Positions 1 through 13,415 of a stretch of 64,000 nucleotides of DNA are shown in pieces. Within the stretch, counting starts at the first letter, position 1, and each line of letters begins with the position of its first letter. The notes beneath the pieces are model-generated. The model did not search any database and was not told the origin of the DNA. It was given only the letters and a program-made list of their open reading frames with translations. Both the position numbers and the translations under genes were made by a program. This stretch comes from the human T2T-CHM13v2.0 reference genome, Homo sapiens, in assembly GCF_009914755.1 (NCBI RefSeq), contig NC_060926.1; one strand, written 5' to 3'.

Positions 1-842
1 GTGTCTGTCTATGGTTTGGAGCTTGCTGAAACCTAGGTTTATCCTGAAAACTGCAGAGAGCTAGCTGTGGTGAACATTCTTGTTTAAGTCCTGGAACAAT
101 TTGTTCTACTGCATGGTTACCAGCATCTTCGTGGCTTTTTTTTTTTTTTTTTTTTTGGATGGGGGGTTGCGGGGGAGCAGGTCTGATTTGAGTTACTGGC
201 AGAGTTGTTAGAGGTCAGGATACATGGATGGTTCCTTCAGCCTCTGCACTCCCATTCATCCTCATCCAGCTGTCAGATCCCCATAATTTCCACATTGTCT
301 TCCTAGATGCTCAGCATTTCATTAAAGTAGCCAATCACAGCATGCTCCATCTTCCTCAGGAGCTGGAGCATGAACGCATTAAAAGCCATCACTCTGAATA
401 TTCCACGCTACAGACTTTGTGTAATAAATACAGTGTGGAATGCAGGTGGGAATTTCCTGACTGTGTGCTGGCATACTCCGTGGTCTCACTGTCCCTGCGC
501 ACACTTTCCCAGGCCTGGTCCCTCCATTTCTTGAAGTAAAGCACAGCCCTTTGCTCCATCGTCAGGGGCAGCAGCTGGGTCTTCCCCTCAGTGAGGCATA
601 CCTTAATCTGCAGACATCAAGAGGCGTACAGAACCCCAGTGCTGGGAAGACCTTGGATCTGTGCTCAAGATCACACAGTCGAAACGGAGACATGGAGAAG
701 ATCCCAGTTCTGGTGTGTCAGAGGACTTCTCCGGCTCCTGGAAACCCATGGTTGTCAGGACCCATCACTGGAAATCTTTTTAAAAAATTAATTCACTTGT
801 GATTCAAGTTCCTAATATTCTCCATTTGACTGTGTTCTGGGT

Positions 843-1151
843 CAGTGGTTCTCAGCCTTGACTGCCTACTAGAATTACCTGGCGTTCTTTTTAAAACTCT
901 GAATGTCTTAGCCCCATTTCAGCACCAGCTGGGAACTTGTGGAAATGCAGACTCTCAGGCCCTACCTTAGAACTCCTGAATCAGAGGCTCTGATAGGGTC
1001 CAACAATCTGTGTTTTCACAAGCCCTCCAGATGATTCTAACACCCACTCAGGTTTCAGAACCTACCCCCACCTCAGAACAATCAATTCAGAGTATCTGGG
1101 GTGGGGAGTTAAAAGCTCCCCAGCTGATCCTCAAGTTCAGTGAAGGCTGAG
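843..1151. mobile_element. MER5A-family hAT-Charlie MITEs, one MER5A (~919-1062) apparently nested in a second MER5A1-like copy
   Basis: Starts CAGTGGTTCTCA; internal 'gggaacttgtggaaatgcagactctcaggccctacc...ctgaatcaga' and 'aagccctccagatgattct' match the recalled MER5A consensus. Confidence 0.7.
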
Positions 1152-1260
1152 CTGGGGATAACCCTGCCTGGAAAGAAGGAGCTACTGGAAGTCAGAGAAA
1201 GGGGAATCATCAGGTGTGAGAGATGGGAAAGGGAGAAATGGGAGGAAGCAGAGGAAATCA

Positions 1261-1787
1261 GTAAGTTGTTTTAAAAACTACTTGGGATTTTGTTTCAATC
1301 ACATATAGTAAAACATGACAGACATGGAGGAAACGTCCTTGAAAGAAGAGTTTATTACAGTTCCCTAGAGCAGGGGGCAGGGCATACCATGGGGTCACAG
1401 GAGGAAGCACTGGAGTCAGGGAGCAGAAGGGGTAAGGAGAAGCAAGGGGCAGAATCTTTCTTGTGGTTTTCATGGGAAGGAATGGATAAGGCAGGGTAGG
1501 TATGCCAAGCAAGCTTAGAATTGCAGGTCTGAACAATTTCAGCACACCCTGAGCCATAGGGATAGGCTCTAGGTGTCTGGTATCTGACCATGGGGTGATC
1601 TGGGGGAAGGGGGGAATATGGGCTCTGGATTGGTTGATTTGCACACCAAAGTTATGCTGGGCGCAAGTTGGTTGTTGTTGCTGGGAATTAGCTAACCCTG
1701 AGAGGGATAGTTCTTCCAAGCTCCACAAAGCCCCAAGATATAAGAGTATAAAACATAAAATTAAAAAAAAAAAACATGATTAATACA
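1261..1787 (-). mobile_element. MER74-like ERVL solo LTR
   Basis: Reverse complement begins TGTATTAATCATG and contains 'tcttggggc...cagggttagctaattcc...caaatcaaccaatccagagccc', as recalled for MER74. Confidence 0.7.
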
Positions 1788-1791
1788 GAAT

Positions 1792-1985
1792 TTAAGTCAC
1801 TCAGATCCAGGTTTGCCTCTCAGTCCTGCTACTTACCAGCCATTCAAACTTGACTTCTTCCTCTCTAAAATGGGGATAATAGCACCTACATAATTTCTAC
1901 ATAGGGTTTATAGAAATTATACGAGATGATGGACCACAATGTCTGGCTCAACTGACAAATGTTTAATAGATGTGATGATAATAAA
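1792..1985 (+). mobile_element. MIR SINE fragment
   Basis: Core-like 'ttcctctctaaaatggggataatagcacctac'. Confidence 0.6.
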
Positions 1986-2071
1986 AATGCACAACAGAAC
2001 ACTGGACTTGGAACCTGAAATAAGAAGCCATGAGTCAAATACAGCTTACACTTTGGAGCTTAAGAAAATCA

Positions 2072-2734
<663 letters not shown>

Positions 2735-3628
2735 TCCATAGAGCAACTGACAAACAAGTGGCAGACAAGAAGTGGTGGACGAATGGACATGGAGAGCAGG
2801 CTACTCTGAGAGAGAAGGTACAGCCATAACAGTGAAAGTCACACCTGAGGCCTCATCAGGGAATGGGGAGAAAGAGATCTTAGGGTGGGGGAGGTCAACA
2901 GTGCCCGAGAGGTGATAGTTGAATCATAGGGCTTATAATAAGAGATGCAAAACAGTGGCGTTTCAGGAAGGTCAAGACAAAAGTCCCTAGAGAAATCAAG
3001 GAGAGCCACATCTTCATCCAAGCAGGTCATATCACTTTGTTCTCTGAGCACCTTTGGAAGAAGACAAAGATGATCCTCTCCTCCTTCTTCTCAACCCACC
3101 TGGCTGATCTGTTCAAGTTGGAGACCATCTTTTGGGTCTCTGTATTTATAGGACCAACATGATCCTTAACCCAGTAAATAATTTTTTAATGTAATGAGAC
3201 TGAAACTTGGGGATAATTTAGGCATCATTCTGTTTAGAGAAGTGCTTTAACTTTGAGGGTGATATTGGAGAAAGCTTTTATCCTCTTTCATTTTTAGGCT
3301 GTGTGAATGTGTGTGTGTGTGCAATAGAAGCCATGGGGTGAAATACATGAGGCAGAAGGCACTGAGCCCGTCCTTCCTGAAAGACAGTCCAGCAGAGCCT
3401 GCAGCCCAAGTTCTGGAACTAGTGTGCTATCTAATTGACCATGTGACCCGTTGCATGTTCCCTATTCCATCTTTATGTTGGTATCTTCTTTAAAAACAAT
3501 TTTGGAATAGATACACTAAACTTATACTTCTTGGGCTTGGTGATTGAGCACTGAAATTTTCTGGGGCCATAGCTATCTTTTAAAAATATTATTATTGAAC
3601 AGATGTTATGAATTTCATTTTGGAGGAG

Positions 3629-4146
3629 TGTATTCATCCCTATGGCTACTATAATAAATTACCACAAATGTAGTGGCTTAGAACAACACAAATTTACCAT
3701 CCTATAGTTCTGGGGGTCGGAAGTCTGATATGAGTTTCAGCTGGCTACAGTCCAGGTCTTGGCTGTTCCTTCTGGAGGCTCTAGGGGAGAATCTGTTTCC
3801 CCTCCTTTTCCAGCTTCTAGAGGTTGCCTGCATTCCTTGGCTCATGGTCCCTTCCTGCATCTTCAAAGCCAGCAACACCTGGCTGAGCCCTCCTCCTGCT
3901 GCCACCTCTCTGGCTCTGTACTTCCCTCATCACATCTCTCTCTAACCCCCCTGCCTCCTTCTTGTCCCTTATAAAGATTCTTGTGATATTTTGGGCCCAA
4001 GCAGGATTATCTCCAGTGTCGTTAACGTAATTATATCTGCAAAGTCCCGTATGCCATGTAAGGAACATACTCACAGGTTTTGGGAATCAGAATGTGGACA
4101 TTTGTGGGGGTGGGAGTAAAGAGGGCATGATTCTGCCTACCCACCA
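3629..4146 (-). mobile_element. MLT1D-like MaLR solo LTR
   Basis: 'tgtattc...aaattaccacaaa...ggcttagaacaacacaaattta...tctggaggctctaggggagaatctgtttcc' and terminal 'attctgcctacc'. Confidence 0.8.
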
Positions 4147-6119
4147 TGAGAAAGAGATGAACACACACACAGGCACAGGCTTGTGGGGGGAGCCTGGACT
4201 TTTCTCAAGATATGCAGAGAGATGCAAAGACAGCGTCTGCAGGATTCCTGCCTGATGGAATGTGGGTGCAGTTGCTTTCTTACTGGCAGCTGGCTCTGGT
4301 TCCTCACTAGGTGGATGGTTAGGGGAAGGAAAAGACAAGAGCAGTCACTGAGATGGAAATGTGGTCATTTGGGTTTATGTGCTTCTGTGAGCAGAGGAGG
4401 AGAAGTTTCTCTGAGTTTGGACAATCTTCCATCTCTCTTATTAATCTGTGAAAGTCAAGAAAAGTCATTAGCTCAAGAATGCTCCTCATCCAATGCTCAA
4501 CCTGTATATCCAGTCAAAAGATCATAGATCGAAAGCACTGGAACCTCCTCCAAAATGGTGGCCCCAGCCCCACAGCCTTATTTGGGAAAACTGAGGCTGA
4601 GAGAGGTGCCATAAACTACCCAGAGCTGGAAATGCCTGCCTTGAGTGGGCTTAAGCTGGAATGGAAAGCTTACAGAATTTAAGACTAGTGGATGGAGACT
4701 TTTGTAGAGAGAGACACAGTAGAAGTAACTGTTTTAGTTAGAAACATCTAGGCAGAATGAGAAGAAATAAAATCCCATTTTCAGGTCATTAGTTTTTTGT
4801 TTTATTGCAATGTGCTGTGTGTTCCAGGAAGATGGTGTCAGCAGGCCATCTGTAGGGCATGCAGGTGATCTTCCTGAGAGAGTGCTGGACGTGCCAGTGC
4901 AACCTTGTTTAACCCTCCTCGTTCCCAAAGGACCCTGCCTAAGAGACCACAGGCCACGGTTACACACACTCCACGCGGTGCCAAGTGAGCCACTGACAGA
5001 AGGAGAAAGAAACCACCCAGTGATGTCTGCCAAGCTCAGACACTTCCCCTCCAGCGCAGCGTCCTCTCCCCCGAGACTGTGCTCCCAAACCACTACTGTT
5101 CAACAAGCTTTCCCTTGAGTTAAACGTTACCTAAACGTTAAGCACAGTTAATGTTTATGACCTCCGAGTTGGAAAAATTAGAACTGACTACTACTATCTG
5201 TTGAAGGAGGTGGGCACTCAGTCACTGGGGATGGGGAAGAAGTGCTGAAATCTGGAAAATGGAAGTCCGGGAAACTCATTTCCTGAAGGTCTTGTATCTG
5301 CGAGGCACCGTGCTTTGCACATTCATTGAGTCTTTTCAACAACCTTATATTCCCAGATATTGTTATCTCATGCAGAGAAGACTGAGGCTCACGGGATGGG
5401 GGCCAGCACTCACTCCTGGCCAGCCTATGTGGGGAGTGAAGTTGGGATGTAAGTCTGCTCAGACAGCACCTGTAATTCCTAAGTCCAAAATATTCCTCAG
5501 GTCTCGCTCTGGGACTGGGCACTGAAGGCAGCTGAGCAGAGGTTCACGGGCTCATGGCCTAATAGCTGTCACAGAACAGGCCTGCTTGTTTTGGAACTCT
5601 GAAAAGTCTCTTTTGTAGAAAATGCAAAATGAACCCGATTCGCATACACACAGTGTGTGGTGTAAGTAAGCCCCTTCTGCTATTTGAATGTTATTCAAAT
5701 AAAGGATTACAAATCATCTCGCAGCTTACATTACCATTTCCAAATGCAAAAACAAAAAAGGATCCAGTGTTTAGAACAGGGGATTTGCTACTGGCCCATG
5801 AAAAACAAAGACGTTGTTTTCATTTTGAAATAATAGAAACTCAGGTGTGGAATGCACTGAAGAGAACATTCTAGACTAATCCCTTCTCTTTCCCCAACCT
5901 CCTACCTACACAAAAGCACAAATCCCTTCCAAAACATCTCTGACAAGTGACCTCAAACTCCTTCAGTGGTGAGAATAGCCCTCTCCTGGGCAGCCACCTC
6001 CGTTTGGTGTGATGGTGGATAAGCCCACAATTCATATTTTAACAATGTAGAAAGAAGCAAAGCTGGTGGGTTTGATCCTCTCTTTCCTCTTCTCTGCCTA
6101 CCCCACGGGAAAGGAGACC

Positions 6120-6576
6120 TGTATTATTTTCCTGTTGCTGCTGTAACAAATTAATGCAAACTTACAGCATTAAATCTACACAAATGTACTTTCTTACAGT
6201 TCTGGAGGTCAAAAGTCTGAAATGGGTCTAATGAGGCTAAAATCAAAGCATCAACAGAGCCGTGTTCCCTCTGGAGGCTCTCGGGAAGAGTATTTTCTCG
6301 CTTTTCCAGCTTCTAGAGACCACCTGCTTTTCTTGGCTCATGGTACCTTCCTCTGTCTTCAAAGCTGGCAGCACAACATCTTCAAACCCCTCTGACTCTC
6401 AGCCCTCCCTATTTCATTATAAAGACCCTTGGGATCACATTGAGTCCTCTCAGATAATCCAAGATAATCTCTCCATTTCAAAATCCTTAACTACATCTGC
6501 AAAGTCCCTTTTGCCATATAAAGTTACATATTCACAGTTTCCAGATATTAGGACACGGATGTCTTTGGGAGCCATT
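6120..6576 (-). mobile_element. MLT1C-like MaLR solo LTR
   Basis: 'tgtatta...gctgctgtaacaaatt...cagttctggaggtcaaaagtctgaaatggg...acatctgcaaagtcccttttgccatataa'. Confidence 0.8.
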
Positions 6577-7289
6577 AAACCTCTTTTCTTTATAAATTAC
6601 CTCGTCTTGGTTTTAAAGGCAAGTTGATGCAACACCAGGTGGAACCCTCCTAGGAGCTGAGGAAATACAGGGCAGGCTTGCAGTGGTAGAGGAAGAAGTA
6701 GATGCGACACCCCAGTATCCTGGGAAGAGCCAGGAGATGCTGGATGTTCCACGATGCTGGTAGAAAGGAACCCGTAGGCTGAGGACTCTCAATCTAATCC
6801 CAAAGAGTCCTATTCCAAACTTGGCACAGAAGCAATACAGACTCCCTTCAAGGGATGCCAGAACTTAGACAATGAAGATATCAACAGGGCTCAACGTAGG
6901 CTGGAGAACAGGGAACTCTGCCAGAAAAAGCTCCAGGGCTTTTGCATGGCTCAGATGGTGATGAGGGAGCCCCATTGATGGCTGGAGTGGTTCTTCTCTG
7001 CATCCTAGCAACTGAGACTTGGGCACTGAGCATAGTGTTAGTATGATTCAGAAAGATTAAATAATGCAACATTTCTTTACCTGAGTGTAGAAATCCCTGA
7101 TCTACAATTGTGCTTCATTAATGGTTCTACACTGTTAGAATTGCAGCTAAGAATCAGCCTCAGTGTTTTCTTCCAATGACAGCAGCAGAGGGGCAATTCA
7201 AGACCCACCTCCAACCCCACCTTCTCTAAATGTCTTCCCTACAACTCTAGCTACAGCAACACCTCCCTCCTCCCCTAGCATTTACTGAC

Positions 7290-7495
7290 TCTCCTAGTAT
7301 TTGGCATTTGGCTCACATGCCCTTGTGCTGTACTTCTATTGTGTGAGGACACACTCAATATCCTGCCTTCTCAATCTAACTGTAGACATTGAGAAGGGCA
7401 AGTGTACACGTTGTGCATCCCTGAGTCCCCTTTCAGTGCCTGTACTACCACTAGCATGGTAGATCCTAGAAAAAATGTTTATTCACAATGAAGAT
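7290..7495 (+). mobile_element. L2 3' end fragment
   Basis: Degenerate 'actgtagac..gagaagggca...tccctgagtcccc..gcctgtac..tagcatggtag...aaatgtttatt'. Confidence 0.45.
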
Positions 7496-7637
7496 TCCAA
7501 GGAAGCCCAAGAGGATCACATCTGGAAAGTACAAACCTGTGCAATGGAAACAAGAGCACATGGAGTGATTTAGGATTTGTGGCTTTGGGCTTTGTGACGT
7601 TTGGTGTATAGTTTTTCCATTGGCTTAGATTCCCATA

Positions 7638-8045
7638 TGCATTAGGTCATTCTTGCATGACTATAGAGAAATACCGAAGACTGGGTAATTTAAAAAGGAA
7701 AGAGGTTTAATTGGCTCACGGTTTTACAGGTTATACAGGAAGCATGGAGCCAACATCTACTTGGCTTCTGGGGAGGCCTCAGGGAGCTTGCAATCATTGG
7801 GGAAGGCAAAGGATCACATGACAAGAGCAGGAGCGAGAGGGAGTGAAAGGGAAGACCCTAGACTTTTAAACAACTGGATCTCACATGAGCTAACTGAGCA
7901 AGAACTCTTCACCAAGGGGATGGTGCCAAGCCATTGATGAAGGATCTGCCCCCATGATCCAGTACCTCCCACCAGACCCCACCTCCAATATTGGGTACAC
8001 ATTTCAACATGAGATTTGGAGGTGACAGACATCCAAACCATAATA
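7638..8045 (-). mobile_element. MSTB-like MaLR solo LTR
   Basis: 'gactgggtaattt...aaagaggtttaattggctcacgg...aggaagcatgg...ggcctcaggg...acatccaaacca'. Confidence 0.85.
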
Positions 8046-8323
8046 CCCACTACGCTCCATTCTCCATTTAACTCTTGGCCTGGATTACACAGTATGATCC
8101 CTCCTTCAAACCATCCCTTTCCCTTCTCCTCCACTCCCTGCTTCCAGTCACACAGAACTCCCTCATCTCTGACAATCCCAGCACCTTCTCACAACCCCAC
8201 ACCTTTTCCTACACCCTCTCTGGAAAACTCCTATGGACCATTCATGCAAGCCCCTCTTCCTGGGGAAGTCTGCAGCCCTTCCCCAGGTGGTCATCTCTCC
8301 TGACTCAGTAATCAGTCCTGCCC

Positions 8324-8462
8324 CAGTGCTTCTCAGACCTTAGAGCATGCAAATCCCCCAGGAGATCATCTTAAAATACAGAGCCTGATCCAGGCAGTCT
8401 GGGGCTGTGGGGATTCTGCCTTTGTAACAAGCTCGATGATGCTACTGGTTCAAGGCAAGCTC
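8324..8462. mobile_element. MER5B-like hAT-Charlie fragment
   Basis: Starts CAGTGCTTCTCA; 'ggggattctgcctttgtaacaagctc'. Confidence 0.55.
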
Positions 8463-8489
8463 TGAGTCTACAAAATAAACAGTGACTTA

Positions 8490-8685
8490 GTGCATTTTAC
8501 TATCATTTGTTTGTATGTAAACTTCTACCAGAACAGATCCCCAAGGCAGAAACTTGGGTTTCCTGATTCATTCAACCAATATTTGTGAATGGAGGAGTGA
8601 ATCTCTGGGTCTCCAATGTTTCGCTCAGTGCCTGAAACACAGCAGGTGTTCATTAGGTGTTTATTAAGTGGAGAATAGATGGACT
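8490..8685 (+). mobile_element. L2 3' end fragment
   Basis: 'cagtgcctgaaacacagcaggtgttcattaggtgtttatt'. Confidence 0.55.
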
Positions 8686-9205
8686 CTGTAGAATTTTAGG
8701 AACAGCTGCCTTTAAAATAATTGGGTTAATTAATTCCATCATCACTTTTCAAATAAAAATATTTGGGAGTACACTTGCATGCTAGACTATCAACCCAGCT
8801 TTCCATTTCAACAAGAATAAAAATAAGACCAACTATTTAACTAAAGAAACAGGATATGTGGGGTTTTGCTATTCATTTTAATGAGAAGCAATAACAGAGG
8901 CCCTGCTTTCCTCTGCTGGAGTTAGGGCATTAGGAAAGATGACGATGGGACCCTTGCTTTCCAGAATCTTCTGTTCTCCACCAGCTGCTGCCTAATGCCC
9001 TTAGTGCCTCTGATAGCAACCTGAGGTCTGGCTCTCTGTGGCTGTTGAGGTTTAACTGTCAACAAATGAAGCTATAGGTGGTCTGACTGATTTGCATATT
9101 TCTATATCCTTTTCCACCAACAAGTATGTTATAGTTAAAAAAAAAAAAAAACAAATGCCAAGCATACACACTAAAAAGGGATGGAAATTTCCCACAATTT
9201 CATTT

Positions 9206-9635
9206 TGATAAAAGAAAAACTTCAGCTGAATTAAATGTAAAGAAGTTTAATTGAGCAATGAACGATTTGTGAATCGGGTAGCCCCCAGAATCACAGCAGA
9301 TTCACAGACTCCAGCGCAGCCACGTGGTGGAAGAAGATTTATAGACAAAAAAAAGGCAAATAACATACAGAAATCGGAAGTGAGATATACAAGGACTGGA
9401 TTGGTTAAAAGTTGGTGTTTGCCTGATTTGAACACAGTTTGAACACTCAGCAGTGTGTGAATGGTTGAAGTACGGCCGCTGGGATTGGCCAAGACTCAGC
9501 CGTTGTTACAGGCACATACTCCTAAGGTAGGTTTTCAATCTTGTCTACCTATTAAGCTACCTTGCAGTTTGTCCACAAGGACTCAAATATACAAGTACGG
9601 AGTCCTTCTTAGGCCATATTTAATTCTCTTTAACA
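9206..9635 (-). mobile_element. MER57-type ERV1 solo LTR, complete
   Basis: TG...CA termini, 4-bp TSD ATTT (9202-9205, 9636-9639); reverse complement 'tgttaaag...aaatatggcctaagaaggactccgtac' matches recalled MER57. Confidence 0.85.
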
Positions 9636-9811
9636 ATTTGAAGACCACATTCTCTGGCCCTAAAATGTGTGGATAATAGGATCCTGCTTTTCTCACTTAG
9701 CTCCTCCCCAGTCCGTGAACAGAAAGTGCTACAGTTGGGAAGAAGGAGTGAAAATGAGACGCACTGGCTGAGGAATAAGTACAGCCCCCCTTCTCCCCAC
9801 CCTTAGGATGC

Positions 9812-10210
9812 GCGTTAGTCCAGGTGCTTTGGTCAAAATCAGTAGAAACAATCTGGCCAACTTGAGCAGAAAAAGAATCGAATGGAAGACGGGAGGCAGC
9901 TGATAATCTGGGAGGAAGCTGAAAGGATGAGACTCAGAGCAGACGCTGGGATCTAGGGTGTGGGAACCAAAGGGCTGTCTCCTCCAGAGGCCGCTGCCTG
10001 GACGAATCACCCTCCACCATGCTTCATCCTGGCATCACTCAGCTCAAGACCCACATTCCCTGGCAGGACATTCTGACTGGTGCAGCTTGGGTCACAGGTC
10101 CGTCCCTGGAACAAAAGTGAGCAAAGTCCTTGACTAAAATGCCATCAAGCACACCCAATGCAGGGTAGGAGTTTCTCAAGAAGAACTGAGCAATACTGTC
10201 AGAAAAAAAG
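9812..10210 (-). mobile_element. Old MLT1-family LTR remnant
   Basis: 'gttagtccagg...agaaacaatctggccaacttgagcagaaaaagaat' and 'cagcttgggtcacaggtcc'. Confidence 0.4.
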
Positions 10211-10313
10211 AGGCAGGGAGGCTGAAGCAACAATCGTCTCCCACCACGCACAGCGCTCGACGTCACTCCTAGTGCCTAGAAAGAGGCAATGCTGAAGTAG
10301 GGCACTTACAATA

Positions 10314-10962
10314 CAGTCAGTCCTCATTATTCACGAGTTCCGTATTTGTGAGTTTGCCTGCTCAAGTTTGCTTGCTCACCAAAATGCATTTGCAACTCCA
10401 AAATCAATACTGTGGGTGCTTTTGAGGTCATTCACAGACATGGGCAGGGTGGTGAAAAATTCGAGTTGCCTGCCACTTACCCAGCTGCAGTGGTACAAGG
10501 TAGCACTCTGCCTTCTTGCTTCAGCTCCTCTGCTGTAAAGGAAGCGTCCTTTTCACCATCTATTTCATACCACTCAATGTTTGTGATTTTGGTAGAGATT
10601 TCACTGTGGCCCCCAAGTGTAGTGCTGAAGTGCTGACTTGAGTCTAAGTCCAAGAAGGCTGTGATGTGCCTTACAGAGAATACTCATATGTGTATTAGAG
10701 AAGCCTCATTACAGAATGAGTTATGGTGCCGTTGACTGTGAGTTCCATGTTAATGAATCAATGATATGTATTCGATTAGGTGTCTTTAAACAGAAACACA
10801 CATAAAGCAATGTTATGTATTGGTCTGTTTATGAAAATGTGACCAGAAGCTTGAAGGAACCTAACCCTGTATTTCTCCTGGGAGGAATAGATCAGTATTC
10901 ATTAATTCAATGTTCAAGTAGCTTTATGGAATATAAGTGCTATGAATAATGAAAATTGACTG
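10314..10962 (+). mobile_element. MER82 (TcMar-Tigger) MITE, complete
   Basis: Terminal inverted repeats CAGTCAGTCCTCATTATTCA / TGAATAATGAAAATTGACTG, TA on both sides, ~650 bp. Confidence 0.85.
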
Positions 10963-11869
10963 TATATATGTTTAGATTCTTGGTCTTTGGTTTTTCGCTT
11001 TCTATGCTATGTTTTCCTCAGATTTATAGTTATTTCATTTTACTTCAAACCAGCTCCGTCTCACAATTCTTGCACATTTATGAATTTATTGGCATTTAAT
11101 TAAATGCCATGTCAACATCTTGAGGCTTCTCACCCTAGGGTAGGGAGAAGAAGAGTTGATTGGGGAGACAGGCATAGTCTTCCTCAGAGTGAGTGTCTTC
11201 CTATCAGGTTTAAAAGATGACAATCTTTTTCCCATTTAAGGAAAGCAATCAGCTCAGCTCACACAAATGCTGCATTTCCCTTGCAAATGAGCTTCATTAC
11301 CAGCTTGTTTTATGCTTTTCCTCTTAGCTAGAGTGAGCTTCTTTCTTATGGCTCTGTGTCATAGTAGAAAATGGTCTCAGCCCTGAATTATGTTCCCATC
11401 TATAGCCACATTTAATTATGGGTTTTGCCAGGAGAATGTGCTCTGAATGCTCTGTGCGTGAGCACTTCAGAAGGAGCTCTCTGCTCCTGTGAGACTTCTC
11501 TCAGGATTCTCCTGGATTTATAGAAAATATCCTTTCTACATATTTAACTTATCTTCAATGTTAAACCTATTAATTCCAGGCTTATAATTATTAAGAAGCA
11601 TTAGCAAGTGGCTTGGCTTGAACTAAAATCAAAACCAAAGTGAGTCCAAAAGTCCCAATCTATGTAATTATTCCCTAATGGTACCATGTGACAATTATTA
11701 ATACTCTATTCCAGGCATAGACCATTATACAAAATTACTTGTTTGCTTAGGGGGAAATTTTCCTACAATGGTATTGATAGAAAATTTTATTTTAAATACC
11801 AATATTTTCTATGTTCAAGCTATCTCATTCTATACTCATTATAAAAACAGGTAATAGGAATGTGTTAGT

Positions 11870-13415
11870 AATTTACAAAATAAGAAACACAGGTAGTCAA
11901 TTAACATATAAAAGCATGACTGAGCTAGCCAGTGACAAAATAACATACAAATTTAAACAGGCTATAATTGTTTACCTATTAAGTGGATAAATACTGTTTA
12001 TTAAGTAATATTAAACCAGTATTGATGGGTGTGCAGACAGACAGGCACACTCGGAAGTTGCCAGACAGCAAGGGGATGGGACATCCTCCTGCAGGGAATC
12101 AGGCAGTGTGCGTAAGCACTGTGAGTAATGTACATCTCCATACATTTATCCATGGGAATGGTCATCAGCCGTTTGGTTAAACAATTTTGGTCAAGGATAT
12201 TCAATGAAGCATTGCTTTTATAGTAAAAATTTGGGAACACACTGCATGTATGATAATAAGGGAAGAGTGACTACATTTTGGCCTCTCCTTGTGACGGGAT
12301 ATTATACATCCACTAAAATTGCATTTTTGAACAATGGGTAAGTGCTAATTAAAACCACAGTGATCTTTACACATTGTATGAATGTATCACATTAGCACAT
12401 ATACCCTGAAAATATGAACAGTTATTATGTATCAATAATAAAAACACAGTGATATGTCATTTTACACCCATCAGACTGGTGAATATTTAAAAGCCTGAAA
12501 ATCTTGTGTATTAATAGGAACTTGAAGCAACGAGAATTCTATACACTGCTTGTGGGAATAAATCTGTTACAACCACACAGAGCTCTGCTGAGTAGTAGCC
12601 AGTTAGATAGAAGACACACCTGCCCAAGAATCCCTCTCCAGCTGTGTTCCCTGGAGAAACTGTCCCATGTATGTGGAGAAGGAAGACGAGTCCAGGAATG
12701 GTAGTGGCAAGGGTGTCTGCACCCGAACGAACATGGGGGACATTGAGCATGTGCATGAGCAGGGTGGTGGAAACGTTGCAACTCATTCATACAATGGCAC
12801 ACTGCACACCCGGGAGATGAATGGCCAGGACTGACACACCTCCACATGGATCCATCTCCCAAATAAAATAGTGGGAGACGAAAAGCACACTGAGGAAAAA
12901 TATGTAGAATAAGACACCATTTAAGTTTAAAAATAATGCTGCATCTTGCTTAAGAATACAAATGTATGAGGGAAAGGTATAAAGAAATATTTAGGATGAT
13001 CACCCAAATATAAAAAGAGGTTGCCTCTTAGTTGGGGAAACTGATGCCAGCTGGGAGGTGTGCACAAGGACCTTCAAATGTATTACAGTATTTTATTGCT
13101 TTGCTGGAGGGCAACTACAAGGATGTTCTCCCTCTCTTTTTGTAAGCGCTAAACAATGCAAAATATTTTTAAAAGAAGACATAGTGGTATGAGAAGATAC
13201 AATATAACTGAAATAGGCAAGTACATTCAATAGAATTTCACATATGTGTATAAATGTACATATGTATACACACAAAAATATGTCCATAGCTATTACTTCT
13301 AGGCATTGGGCTTATTACTCATGTTCATTTTCTTTTTCTCACATTTATGCATTTCTGAGTTAAATATATTATTTCTATCACAAGGAAAAAAGTATTGAAA
13401 TGTTTTTAATTTAAA
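11870..13415 (+). mobile_element. Cluster of old L1ME-type 3' fragments
   Basis: 'aaaaccacagtga..cattttacacccatcagactgg', 'gcattgcttttatagtaaaaatttgggaac' and other L1M ORF2-end/3'UTR motifs. Confidence 0.6.
12365..12444 (+). mobile_element. Short 5'-truncated L1MA 3' end inserted in the L1ME
   Basis: 'tacacattgtatgaatgtatcacattagcacatataccctgaaaatatgaacagttattatgtatcaat' flanked by AAAA(C)CACAGTGAT direct repeats. Confidence 0.65.

Noticed and set aside
363-390. 'NAFML' HMG-box-like motif on the - strand
   Set aside because: The rest of the HMG-box pattern is absent
1258-1728. 156-aa - strand ORF
   Set aside because: Lies wholly inside the MER74-like LTR
5681-5701. 9-bp inverted repeat TATTTGAAT-gtt-ATTCAAATA
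   Set aside because: Short and AT-rich; expected by chance in 64 kb
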